DNA from: Dudresnaya verticillata
Taxonomy: Eukaryota
NCBI GenBank assembly: GCA_977862235.1
Contig: OZ374558.1
Location: 372,001 to 436,000 of the forward strand
Length of the DNA stretch: 64,000 nt
Reading direction: 5' to 3'
The first letter of the stretch is position 1. Each line of letters begins with the position of its first letter. Below are positions 35,795-47,531 of this stretch, one piece after another. Position numbers and translations under genes: made by a program. The notes beneath the pieces were generated by a model. That model was not told where the DNA came from. It ran no database searches and saw nothing but the letters and a program-made list of their open reading frames with translations.

Positions 35795-37755
35795 GACAAT
35801 TCTTTCTCTGTCGGCCCCTCCCGCCTTTGACTCAACTGTTCTCTATCTTCAGTTTCGGGTTTTATAGGGTCCGACTCAGACCGTCCGAGCCGACAACGTT
35901 TCCATAACATACCGGCTGCCATCCATACCCTTTTTGCGCTACGCGCTTTACCTCTACTTGCGCCAGTAGGTTTCTCTCCCTGAAAAGTCGCCCGGTTTTT
36001 GTTTTAGCATGGGTCTACTGTGTCCTTGTGGGTTGGAATGGGCCGTGGGTGTTGGGTAGCTACGAGGACTCACCTTAAACTGTTTCCAGAATATTCATCG
36101 CGAACGGCATTTGTATACTCGTGTCACGGTCCTACTACGGCTGGTACCGATGATTGCAATCTGACCCAGAACTGGCAAGTTTCATGCATCTAGTGAACCT
36201 TTGTGGTGGTCGCAGGGGGATCTGGGATATGCAAACTACGGAATAGGGGCAGGACCAGTACTGAGACCACATTGGTTGACACCTACGGAACCACACTGGC
36301 GAAGGAAACAATGCAGGTAGAATGTATGGGGTTTCGACAACTAGGCTTGTCCCTTTCTTGGAGAGAGAACCTTTGTATGTACAAGCACAATAGGGGCGTT
36401 ACCTCGTCCCAGAGGCTACAGGGCCAAGAGAGAGTGCAAGGCGACGGCGGTTGGTGGCTAAGACTGATGGCGTAGCAAATGAAATATAAACCGGAAAGTA
36501 AGCGCTTGGCTTTTATCAGACGGGATACTGCTGGTGCATTCGGCTGTATAGGAACCAATACCCCCAAGAACTTGGCGAGCGCCAGGCCCCACAGCGCCAT
36601 AAGTATCTTGCTATTCCTGAGTAAAGTTAATCCCTCTCTCTGTCTCTATCTCTCTCCATAGGTATCGACACCAATGGCATAGAAGTCCATCCCCTCAGCA
36701 TCGGTAAGATCCCGACAGTGGACGTGTTTCGGGCGTTCAGCTAAGCCATGTCACCAGCACCAAATTTGCACGAGGAGGTTCGGGAGTAAATCTGTAGCAA
36801 AAGGAGCCGCAACAGTGAGATCGAATGCCTCAGACCTGGTACATGGGTTGAAAGTGTCCTTACGACGACGACGAGGGAGCGGGAGATGAAGCTCAGCTCA
36901 GAGACCCAGTTTGCGAGTTCCAACGCATGATCGCAGAAAAGGGCTACTCGGAAAAGGCATGCATGTTCCGTTCTTTGGTTCGCAGTTGATGCAGAGGGAA
37001 GAGAAAAACGAACCAAGAGCTTTCGTTTGTTCCACCATTTACAACAACACTTGTTGTGCTGGTCTGCCTTGATAGGAAGGGCAGGTCGAATTGATAGCCC
37101 ATATTACAGCAGACGAGTAGGCATCGAAAGGTGTCGGTGTCCGGAGAGGTATGGAGAAGCGAGGGGTGAATGATAAAGCAGATAGGGTACTCGGTCACGA
37201 TGTACTCGGCCATGAGATACCTTGTCAAGGAGCGGGTGAGTGTCTGAGCTTTGCTTGTTGCTTTTCCATCTTCGCGTTTTTTCTGAGAATTCTGAGATGG
37301 ACCGCTGCGGGCCACCGGTCCGCGGAGCAACTCGAGGCCTGTTTTTAGAAAAGCACTTTTCTCTCGCGGGCTTCCTTGGTTTTACTGACGGCAGCGTCGT
37401 GGCAAATGGCGGTAATTGCGTTCTGTGTGCTGAGATCCACACGACCGACATAGCCCATACGACATGCACGCTGTGCGGCGAGCGGTTCGTGGTTGGAAGA
37501 GTCCCCAGTCTGTTGCGATACACCCGCTCCTGGTTGTCCAGCGTCGGAAAAACGATCACCGCCACCCACCCCGTGCTCACGTTTGCTCTGCTCATTCCTC
37601 CTGTTTGTCTCCTCCAAGCATCCTATCGTCGTCCGTTTGGCTTTCCCATCTTACATTTGTTGTGAACTTGAGAGCCCTCGCCTCTTGCTCTCAAGTGAGC
37701 AGCAGCGATGAATAACTATCATGCTCCTCGATCATCGGGAAATTAATTCTCAGCA

Positions 37756-38797
37756 ATGAACCTATCAGACCGTTTTCAAGTTCATTTCGACTCGGCTATG
37801 ATGATTCTTGGAGAGGAGAACAAGGATTGCCTGCATCTACTAATGAAGATCCTGGGCACGGGGACTGCAAGCCAAACTGTTTCAGCCAGGATGACCAGGC
37901 AGTTTATTGAAAAGCTTTACATGGACAAAGATCGGCTTGAGGTTGTCAAAGCCGTTGCAGAATTCATTTGGGACCCAAAAAGCAAGCGTCAAGGACTTCG
38001 AAGCTCTTTTGAAGCGTACTGTTGGGCTGTGCGATTGTACGAAAATGTTTTGGACTACCAGGAAGATAGAGATGCCAGCTTAAAGTTGGCTCATCTACAG
38101 GAAATAGGTTACTACGGGCAGTATGCAGAGTTAAGCATGGCCGCAAACATTTACAGCAGAATCATTCGCGAGGGTCAGGATTTCGATGGCTCAATCATGT
38201 GCCATTTCGGGAAAATGCTTCTGGAGAAGTCTCGGCCGCACGTTGATGTTACTACGGAAGTTAGAGACTTGTACAGGAGAGCTGTAGAAGAAAGAGGAAA
38301 CCTGGAAGCATGTTATCGCCTTGCTTGCTTGATTCAGGATCGGCCAAGAAGCACTGATGACGAGAAGGAGAATGAAAAAGGGCTTCTAGAACGTGTTGTT
38401 AGTGCTGCGAAAACCCGTGGTGGGGGAGGTACGAGTAGCTTCATTTCTGACACAAAGTACCGTTTGGCTGAGTTTCTATTCCGGGCCGATAAGAAGGCAG
38501 CCGTTTCGCTTCTGCAAGAATCATTCGCCAAGGAGCACCATGTCAAGGCAAAGCTGAGATTGGCAAATCTTCTGAGTGAAGGCTGTGTGGAGGTTGAAAA
38601 GGATGAGGCGCGAGCTACTGCCCTTTGCAAGCAGGTCCTGGAGACAGAAAGGAACGCGGAAGCACTGTTCATTCTGGGGTTCTTAGAGAAGAACATCAAA
38701 ACTGCATCAACGTTCATTGTTGCCGGTCTTCTTGATGATCACAACCATGAAGCGGTTGTGTCCCTAGCTTAAATGTTCTCAGTACGACAAGAGAGTA
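37756..38797 (+). pseudogene. SEL1-like repeat protein, copy 3, truncated
   Basis: GAA>TAA near 37744 and CAA>TAA at 38770-38772. The 3' end is replaced by a LINE from 38798. Confidence 0.75.
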
Positions 38798-40289
38798 CTG
38801 CGATACGTGCGCAACAGATGAAGCGCAAGCGACGACTTCGGCTCCAAAACGCTACAGGACCCTCTCTAGCCCCAGCCCGCTTCACCCGGCACATGCGATC
38901 TCCCGCCACTGTCCCACCCACGCCAGCTTCCCAAGAATTTTATGTACCTCCTTCCTTCCGGCAGTCCATCCTTCGGGCCATCTCCTCCATGGCAAGCGGA
39001 AAAGCGGTTGGACCAGACAACACACACGTGGAAATGCTGAAGCTCTGTCCCTCCCTCTGTGCTGACTTGCTTTTTGCAGTGTGGCAGTGTTGTGGCCGAT
39101 TTGGAATATTCCCAAGTGCCTGGAATGAGGGCGCCCTGATTCCTGTTCACAAGTCCGGACCGGTTGAAGATCCAGACAACCACCGCCCCCTTTGTATGCT
39201 CTCCCATTTACGCAAAGTTATTGACAGAGCAATCGCCTACGAAATAGAGGGCGTCTACTCACCGCACTACATGCAGCTGGGCTTCCAGCGACACTTGCGC
39301 GCTGATATGGCTATTGCGTTGACTCTCGCGGCCAACGCTACTGGCGACGACTACACTGCTGTTCTGGACATGAAACGGGCTTACGATCGAGTTGACCGCC
39401 ACAAACTGCTGCAAACGTGCTCCGACCGGCTCCCCCCGCACCTCGTCGCTATGATTTCGACAACGCTTGGCCCCTTGACTGTTCACACCGCCGGAGATGC
39501 TACAAACACAATTGCAGAGATTCGCAGTGGAGTGGTCCAAGGCTCGCCTCTCAGCCCAATCCTGTTCAACATTTTTATCGATGCGCTGGCATACGATCTG
39601 TGCGAAAAGCTTGGAAGGCGTGACACAAACCCCCCGGGCCGGCTCTTTGCCGACGACTGCCTCATACATGTTAGTTCGGCTCACGAACTCCGGCAGTCCC
39701 TCCTGGTTTGTGACAAATGGGCACAGAAGTACGGGATGACTTGGTCTGTACAGAAATGTGCTGTGCTGCTCCCACACAGCCACAGAGGCCGCCTTAGCTC
39801 TGCGCAGTTCCGCCTAGCTGGACAGCCTGTCCCCCATCGCGATACGACTCGATACCTTGGAGTGGACATCTCCCCCGACGGACCTCAAACATCAACTGTG
39901 CTGACTCGTGTTGACTCAGCACAGAAGAATCTTCGATCACTAGCCGCACTGGGCATCGTATCACCCAAAATGCCAGCCAGTGCCTGCCGTTTCATATACA
40001 ATACCTTCATACTCTCAACTTACGAGCATGGCTGCACCCTGGTAAGCTATACAGCTGAAACGCAAGCCGCGATGGACAGCCTGGATGCTGCATTCTTCCG
40101 ACTAGTGCTGTCGCAGCCGTCGAAACGCATGCCCCGTACCCGGCTACAGAAGCTCCGCGCGATCTTTCAGATTGAACCGCCTCTCCTGCGCCAACGAGCC
40201 CTACAGAACAAGCTTATCACCTCCCTCCAACGTCGTGCTCGACACCAACCGCGCCTATCGCGCCCCTCCTGGCAGGCTCGACACACATT
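38798..40289 (+). mobile_element. Internal LINE fragment (RT domain) replacing ~1.25 kb of the unit
   Basis: KAVGPD, HRPLCMLS, QLGFQ, LDMKRAYD, GVVQGSPLSP, FADD and RYLG motifs. The flanks correspond to copy-1 positions ~10915 and ~12164. Confidence 0.9.
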
Positions 40290-41892
40290 TTTTTTCTGGC
40301 TTCTCAAGGAAAATGAACTGCAAAGCAGGCATATTTTCCCCAACCAGCTCCAGGAACTTTGGCAGCCGCCTAATGAAACGAGGGTTCCACTCACAGGAGA
40401 AATACCCCACTTGGTAGTTTGCAATATTTTGTGGTGGCTTCATGTGGATGACGCGAAGGTTGCCACAGGCGGCGAGAAACTCCATGAATTCCTCTGTACC
40501 GGTTGAAGTCCATTCAATGATTTCGCTGGACACTTCGAGAATGGAAATGCTTCTCGCCTTCGACAGAATTGCAGTAATCACCGTGAAGGCCTTCTGCGGA
40601 CTCGTCAGCATGTGCGAAATGTTCAGTCCAAAGCGAATTTCCAAGCGCCGGATATTCTCAGACCCTTGACCAATTACGCCCAGGGCTGTGTTCTGGAGCG
40701 TCTCGGAGCAGTTCAAAAACGTGGTCATCGTTGCAGACGTATCGATCTGCAAGACGTAAGCATCGCGAACTTCACTAAGGCATGCCTCCGCTTGTCCGCT
40801 CCTGACCTTCGTCATGATTGTCTGCAAAGAAATCGAACGATTCTTGCAAGACTTGACTCCGCTACTGAGCGAAGGAATTGTAGTGACCCTTCCGTCGGCT
40901 GTCTCAAATTCAAACTCAGTAGCATAATCGAAGAAAGACGAATCCTCGGCAAGCTTACATTTCATCCGCTGCAAAAAGTTGTCCAGATACTCATCGTTCT
41001 CATTGGTGAAGATCTTGAAGTGCTCCAACCCGTCAAGATCTTTGCGAGCAAACTCTTCCAAGTATATCAGGAAATGTTGCACGGCAGCGCTTGACAAAGA
41101 GCGACACCATGGTGATATGATTCCTCCTCCCATATCTGCCAAGTCGAGGCCAACAAAGATACGCTTTACGGTCACACCGCGCCCGCTTCGACGCTTTATC
41201 CAGTTCCTCAGACGCAGCATTCCTCCCACCTCCTGGAGTAGACCCGAGGGTACCCTGCGAAGCACGATGTGTTCCAAAGCATTCATACCTTTACCAATCT
41301 CATGAATCAGTTCCCGGCCGGGAGACCGGACCTCAAGCTTGACGAGATTCATTGCTTGAGATAGCTGCTTTGCGACACTGGCGTTCACCCTGCCGCCGTC
41401 GACAAACGCCAGTTCCTTGACGCCGCTGAAAATGCAGGGCACGGAAGACAATATGTCTGTAAGACGATCTGCGTCAAGATTCACAGGAAGCCTGAAGATT
41501 CTCAACGATGTACCGGCAACCTTCTCAATGTGTTGAAACTGCTCGGCGGACGGGAACGGGACGGGATGGGATGGGGGGTCTTCGAGTGTGGCGGGCTGAA
41601 TGGCATCAATGACCTGCCAAGCGGTGCTGTATATGCCCTTGGCGACTTCCAGAAGTTGAGTGCTTGTTGCAGCTAGGGCGAAAGAATCGACGAAATCTCT
41701 GAGGGTTCGGCGGTTGAGAACTTCGCAAGGCGGGTGTAGACGCTCGAAGATGTCCTGAATACTGTCATTGGGAAGGTCGAGAATGGTGGTCTGCCTGGGT
41801 GTTACCTTGTCACTGGAAAGGGCAGGACGGTTGCTGTAGCGGATGCGCTTGGCTTCGGGTGGATCTGTTTCGGGAAGCGTTCGGGCGGTCAT
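40255..41892 (-). pseudogene. F-box/LRR-like protein, copy 3, C-terminally truncated
   Basis: 545 aa. The last ~60 codons are lost and replaced by antisense LINE sequence. Carries an extra KIF (9 bp) relative to copies 1 and 2. Confidence 0.7.
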
Positions 41893-42686
41893 TGCGGGCT
41901 TTGGAGAAGAAGAAGAAGGGAGGAAAGGCCTTGTTCGTCGTAGCTGGGAAAAGTGTAGGATGACCTACGTCGTTAGTTGAACGCCGCTACTCCATTCAAC
42001 TGCGGTGCTGCTGATCTCATTCTGAGAGACTGCACAGAAACTGTTCCGGAAGACCTGGCAGACCGAGAGCTCTCTTTGCCACGATCAGAGTTGGCGCGAA
42101 GCAAAATGGGTAGTTGCCCGACGACGTCGGGCGGGAATGTCAGGCAGCAGAGTGACCAATCACAGCGCCGAAACGCGGTGATTCTTGACGAAAGCCAATC
42201 GGCTGCCTCGAAGCAACAGCCCCACGTCATCCTGAGGTGTGCGCGATTTTAATAAAAAACACAATTTTCACTTGAACGAGTTTTTGCATGACAGGCAGTG
42301 GCTGTGAGTGGCGTCGAGTACGGTGCCCCTCCTAGCAGCTTTGAGGATGCCTCTCCCTCAGAAACAGATCCAAGCGCCCCCATCTTCGCACTAAGCTTTT
42401 GGAGATGAGCAGTGAGAAAGATGCACTTCTCCATTTACTCTTGACGCCAGTGTGGACTAATTTGAAGAATAAGGCACGGGACAGCGCGAATTTCCATCTC
42501 GTTCTGACAATAGTCAAGCTGCTCTGTCTTGAAACTATTATTAATATCGAGGAAGGATGGCCTCAATGTCAATACTGCACCTTTGCCAATCCGTCAATGC
42601 TTTACTTCTGTACTCTGTGGATGTTCCTAGCATAGTTACAAAAATGAACATACATGGAATTAACAATGCACTCGAACAGCGCAGGT

Positions 42687-43390
42687 CTCCTCTCCTGCGC
42701 TAGAAGATCGTGCAACAGAGCTCCTGCGCTGCGCTACAACGTCTCGCCGGCTTAGCAGCGCTTCCTGCCTCCTGGCATGCCCAAAGAACGCTTTCTACCT
42801 TCCAGGCCACGCCGCGTATTGCTTGCTGGGATGCATCCCAACAATCCCGAACGCGGCGAGAAATCCGCGACTTGCTGCTACAGGAATGGCGTGCGGCGAT
42901 ATCTGGTCGACGTCCTGCCCCGGTGTACAAATCGCATCGATTACCACCAGCCCTGGAGCTACCAAACCACAGCGACAGGAAACTAGCAATCCGTTGGCAC
43001 CTGCGGACGTTCCCTATCCCGCTGCCCTGCCCAATTGCCCGCAAGGAAGTTCGACCCCTCGCCCAATCTCTCCAAGCCCTGTCGCTCCCAGAATCACTCG
43101 TCGCTGATCTCTGCGCAGCCTCCGACACAATCTCATCTATCCGGGATGCCTGCAGCCACGAGTTTCCCCTGTCTACTGGGAAGTATCCCACTCACAACCC
43201 AGTCGGTCCCCACGTAACTGATCCCTTTCCGAAGGATAGCCCCACCCCCTTTACCGATGATAGGATACTTTTAATGGACGTGATTAAGAATAACCTTAAC
43301 AACTGTTGTCTTACCTTACCGGTGTGCTTGCCCATGAGCCATCGCCGCCCGCACAAGACCACCCTAAACAACCATTAAAACCAAACATCA
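42687..43390 (+). mobile_element. LINE 3' remnant, copy 3
   Basis: Duplicate of 14552-15256. Confidence 0.7.
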
Positions 43391-43547
43391 CAGGTGGCTT
43401 CACGTTCGCACGGGATCACTCTTTGAAGAGAAGGAACGTTCGGTGGGTACAAGCATAAATTGGGTTCCGGTTCAATCTGAAGCAGAAAGACGGATTCTAG
43501 ATACGCATCAGGTGCTTGGCACTGTTGATGGCCATTGACGCCCGAAC

Positions 43548-43931
43548 CTAGAGCGCATGGCTGCACGAGGTTGGAATATTGGAGCAATGGCACTTTGGCT
43601 TATCACCGGTCTTAGCGCGACAGAAGCAGCTACCACCTATGCTCTTGCACGTGGCCTTGCACCGAGCAGCACTGTAGCAGGATTTGGAGCCACCCGTGGT
43701 GATGATGCAGCACTTCTTGAACAGGACCTTCTTGGTGGAAGACGCAGTGACGCGTGCCACACTATTGAGACATTTCGAGCCGTAGCGGCCTGCACCACAT
43801 ACACTTACACAACCGCGGACGGGGTTGGAGCACGTCATTGAGGCGTGGTATCTCTTCCAGGCTTGTATCTGAGAGACGCACAGCGAAAGCGTCAGGAAGA
43901 GTGCGATTGTTTTGCTGAGAGAAAAGGACAT
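43548..43931 (-). CDS. Secreted cationic cysteine-rich protein, copy 3 (intact; G>V and T>I)
   Basis: 127-aa ORF with all Cys retained. Confidence 0.8.
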   Translation of the reverse strand: MSFSLSKTIALFLTLSLCVSQIQAWKRYHASMTCSNPVRGCVSVCGAGRYGSKCLNSVARVTASSTKKVLFKKCCIITTGGSKSCYSAARCKATCKSIGGSCFCRAKTGDKPKCHCSNIPTSCSHAL

Positions 43932-44680
43932 TTTGAGGTGTGTCAGATGCTAGTTGTAGAGACTTGGAGATGGGCCGTTGGATTGATTTCGACTGTTTCG
44001 GTGTTGTCGTTTTGAAAAAGGAGAGATCGGTTACACCTGTCCCGGCATTTATACCATTCCATAGTCGGAGCATGAGCAATAAAGTTGTGATGATGATGAG
44101 CATGAGCAAGAAATCCGCCGATCAAGAGGACATTCGGCTTTGTATTGGAACCAAACATTTTTCGCAATCCCTATCCAGATTGTAACGCTTCATCCTCAAG
44201 GCCACAACGTGGAAGCTCTTCCCTGCGACAAGACAGAAAATTGAGGTTTGCAGGTTTGTGGTGAGGCTAGTGTCGAGAAGGATACTCAGACGTTTCAGCA
44301 AAGATCCTGGTTGCAATCGACGTAGCAACCCGCCGGGGTTGTCAAGTTTGTAATCAATGTCTTAAAGGGTGGGGCTGTGGCATCGATTGTTGCTGGTTCA
44401 AGGAAAGTGCGGCACAGACGACTCGCACGGTGGGCAAATAAGCATTTTGGTTGCAGGGATTGTGACTGCTAATGACACTCAAACCAAATCGCATCACTCT
44501 GCGCGAAGCATAGTGCAATTTCTTTTACATGTTGATTCAAAGATGCCGCTTTACAGGTATGAAAAGACTGACCAAGAACAGCGAACTTCGCTGAGCGTCC
44601 CGAAGGGGTATCCAGGGTACTGTATATGGTCCACCGAATAGTTGTCACCAGGATTGACGCCGACTCAAGATGGTTCACAA

Positions 44681-45496
44681 ATGCAGGACGCTAATTTGGG
44701 TACAGTGCCGAAAATGGTTTCAACAACAGTGACTCCCAATACGACTCCCGGGCGATACTCCGCAATGCCTTGTACGCTACTCTCGGGGACATCTAGGCTG
44801 TACTTAAGGGAGCCGGAAACTCTTCGTAGAGAGTTCCGCAAGTTCATCCTTTTCCAACAAGTTGGTAAAGGTGTCACGCTCATTTCCGAGTGGGAACGTC
44901 TCAGACCGATGACCGAGAACCGAGCCTTTCGAGAAAGCAACATCAAAGATGCCGAACCGGAGGAGTACAGCAAGGTTCTCAATCACCTCATGGCTAACAG
45001 TCTTGTTGGTCGTGCTCAGCTTTGGCCACGCAGCGAGTTTGTTCAACCGCATCATCCAAGCTATTTCAAGCTCCAGTCCAATTTGTACCGCGACACCGTC
45101 AAAAACGATCGCCGTAATGGGAAAGAGCTCGAATACATACACAGCTCCGGTACTTGGTTGGAACAGTCGCTTGCCGCCCTGGAACTATTCAAGTCTAGTT
45201 CGCATCCGTAAGAGCAGGGTCGCTTGCTCTTCATACTCGAAGAATCAATTCGTGCCAGTAGGGAAATCCTCGCGATGCGCACATTGCATTTCCACGCCAT
45301 TCTCACGAAGGGGCCAGCACATGCACGCCTGCTTGCTGATCTTTTCGAGGCTAAGGTGGAAGCAAAGCACTCTCAAGTACCTTCCGCACTCTACGCCGAT
45401 GTCTACAATGAGCTCTCTACCAAATACATCAACGAAGCTGCGAAAGGCATCGCTCATAACGCTACCGCGCCCAAGGAGGGTGCGAGCGATCAATGA
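44681..45496 (+). pseudogene. DIRS gag-like ORF1 with one premature stop
   Basis: ORFs 44642..45211 and 45224..45496 share a frame and are separated only by TAA at 45209-45211. Confidence 0.6.
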
Positions 45497-47154
45497 TGGC
45501 TCCCACAGGACCATCACGCCCGGAAACCTGGTCACAGGCGCGATGGGCATCCACCCAACGCCAGGCCAACGAGTGGGCCGGGATTGGAGCATCCTGTTTC
45601 GTGATTCGGATGTTAACATTTGGTATATTGGACCCTCCCCAGCGACCCTTCACAGCTGGTGCTATCCTGCCTGCGGTGCCACAGTCAAAGATGGATATGC
45701 GTTTCGCCAAGTCGGATCTGGAGGAAGGATGCAAAGTTGGTACATACCAACGCGTGTCCGAAGCGTACGCGAAGAAGAAGGTGCAGCAAGGCTGTTACGT
45801 GTCCTCCGCATTTGTGGAATGGAATTCCGGCAAAGGTCGATTCGTTATCAACCTAAAACGCCAGTCATCGCATTGGGACAAGAAGTCTGTTATGATGGAA
45901 TCGCTCAGTTCCTTTGCTTCCTGCCTGGTTCAAGGGGACCACATGCTGTCGTTCGACTGGAAGTGTGGATATCGACATTTCCGACTCCACTCACGCATGT
46001 GGGATTGGTTCTTGTTTCACTACGACGGCTGTTTCTACCGCTGCATTGCATTACCTTTCGGTTGGACGAGGTCACCCTACTGGTTTTGCCATCTCCTAAG
46101 TCCGCTGACTCGGTATATGCGCTCTGCATTGTATTGCCGCGTCCTCCAATGGATAGACGATTACCTCCTCGTCCCTGGAAACGGTTCTTCTCCCAGCACC
46201 TCAAAGGACTGCGAGGATCTCTCGTCAGCTCTGTACGTCCTGTTCAACCGACTGGGATTATTGAGACACCCATCCAAAGGCGTCTGGGGATCCGGCGCCG
46301 CTACCCTGTCACATCTCGGAGTTACAATAGATACAGTAGCATTTCGCTACTTTGTAACCCAGGAGAAGCTAGGGAAACTGCAAGATCATGCGGCGTCCTT
46401 GCTCAAGACAGCAGCCAAAGGTTCTCGGTGGGTACGGGAGCGGTCTATAGCAGAATTTACGGGACGCGCTATATCCCAGCTGCTCCCCCTCCCTCTTGCA
46501 CATTTCTTCACGAGGAGCTTGTACGACGACATGAAGAACTCCAAACCGCGGAGAGGAAGGTATCCGGAGCAATGTGTGCGCCTTTCAAATGCAGGCCTTC
46601 GAGATCTCAAGGCTTGGCGACATATGCTACAGGGGGATGGCAGATTGATAGGTGGCGGCAACCCACATTGGAACCTGCAAACGGACGCAGCAGATGTAGG
46701 TTTTGGAGGAACGGTGGGGCGGAATATGGCTGCTGGCTCTCCCGGAGACGTGGAAGTTCAAGGTATATGGTCTCCGTTCTTGCATCTCAAATCCATTACT
46801 CACCGCGAGCTTTTAGCCGTCCGACTCTCATTGCAGTCCGATCTAGTCCACGCTCGAGTCTCTGGTACCCACGAGAGGCTGATTCTACATGTGGACAACA
46901 TGAGCGTATTTTATATTATCAACAACATGGTATCCAGTACCCCGGAGCTAATGGACGAGCTACGCGCCCTTCACCAAGTCTTAGTGGAGATGAAAGTCAC
47001 CCTACGCGCCGTATGGCTTCCTTCCGCGGTCAACAAGCATGCGGATCGCCTCAGCCGTACCTGGAATCCGAAGGACCTGAAAGCGACTCCTTCACTGATT
47101 CAATCGTTGCAGGAGTCCTTGCAGCTTCAGCGGGTGCGCGTTATTGGCCTCTAG
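45493..47154 (+). CDS. DIRS reverse transcriptase / RNase H
   Basis: RFVINLK, FDWKCGYRH, LPFGW, WIDD, HLG; then LQTDAA, ITHRELLAV, VDN, NKHADRLSR. Confidence 0.9.
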   Translation: MMAPTGPSRPETWSQARWASTQRQANEWAGIGASCFVIRMLTFGILDPPQRPFTAGAILPAVPQSKMDMRFAKSDLEEGCKVGTYQRVSEAYAKKKVQQGCYVSSAFVEWNSGKGRFVINLKRQSSHWDKKSVMMESLSSFASCLVQGDHMLSFDWKCGYRHFRLHSRMWDWFLFHYDGCFYRCIALPFGWTRSPYWFCHLLSPLTRYMRSALYCRVLQWIDDYLLVPGNGSSPSTSKDCEDLSSALYVLFNRLGLLRHPSKGVWGSGAATLSHLGVTIDTVAFRYFVTQEKLGKLQDHAASLLKTAAKGSRWVRERSIAEFTGRAISQLLPLPLAHFFTRSLYDDMKNSKPRRGRYPEQCVRLSNAGLRDLKAWRHMLQGDGRLIGGGNPHWNLQTDAADVGFGGTVGRNMAAGSPGDVEVQGIWSPFLHLKSITHRELLAVRLSLQSDLVHARVSGTHERLILHVDNMSVFYIINNMVSSTPELMDELRALHQVLVEMKVTLRAVWLPSAVNKHADRLSRTWNPKDLKATPSLIQSLQESLQLQRVRVIGL

Positions 47155-47531
47155 GGGACGCCCCGGCGGCTCGAGCCAAGGTAATCAAGGCGCAACTGGG
47201 AGAGTTCTGGGGAGACGGCCAGAGCAGACTCTGGAACCCTCCCCCCCAGTGGATAGCAACCACACTCCTCAAGATCGAGAAAGAGCGAGCTCACGGCGTG
47301 GTGGTGGTTCCGCACTGGACGGGAGCCAGCTGGTACAATTTGTTGCGTCGCGTCTGCCTATCGTCACGTGTGGTCCCATCGACAGAGGGCCCTCTCTTCG
47401 ACTCCGTATCCGTGAATCCGGCTTGGGCACTCGAGCTGGCCGAAGTTGGACCCCGGCACAAGCAGCATTCCAAGCTTCCATCGAGACTCAGCTCCCTAGA
47501 ACTTCGGTTGGGCGCGCAAGCCGAAGACTAG
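47139..47531 (+). other. DIRS DAM-like adenine methyltransferase region, now frameshifted from pol
   Basis: LWNPPPQWIATTLLKIEKERAHGVVVVPHWTGASWYNLL at the end of ORF 44949..47531 matches the typical DIRS MT signature. Confidence 0.75.

Noticed and set aside
38773..40506. 577-aa ORF as an intact RT gene
   Set aside because: Chimera of eight SEL1 codons, a LINE fragment and antisense F-box sequence.
44949..47531. 860-aa ORF as a stand-alone novel gene
   Set aside because: Better explained as the DIRS overlapping ORF plus the MT domain, joined by a frameshift near 47140.
47139..47531. DIRS methyltransferase as the cause of the GTAC palindromes
   Set aside because: No evidence of its specificity, and the DIRS element itself lacks the palindrome enrichment.
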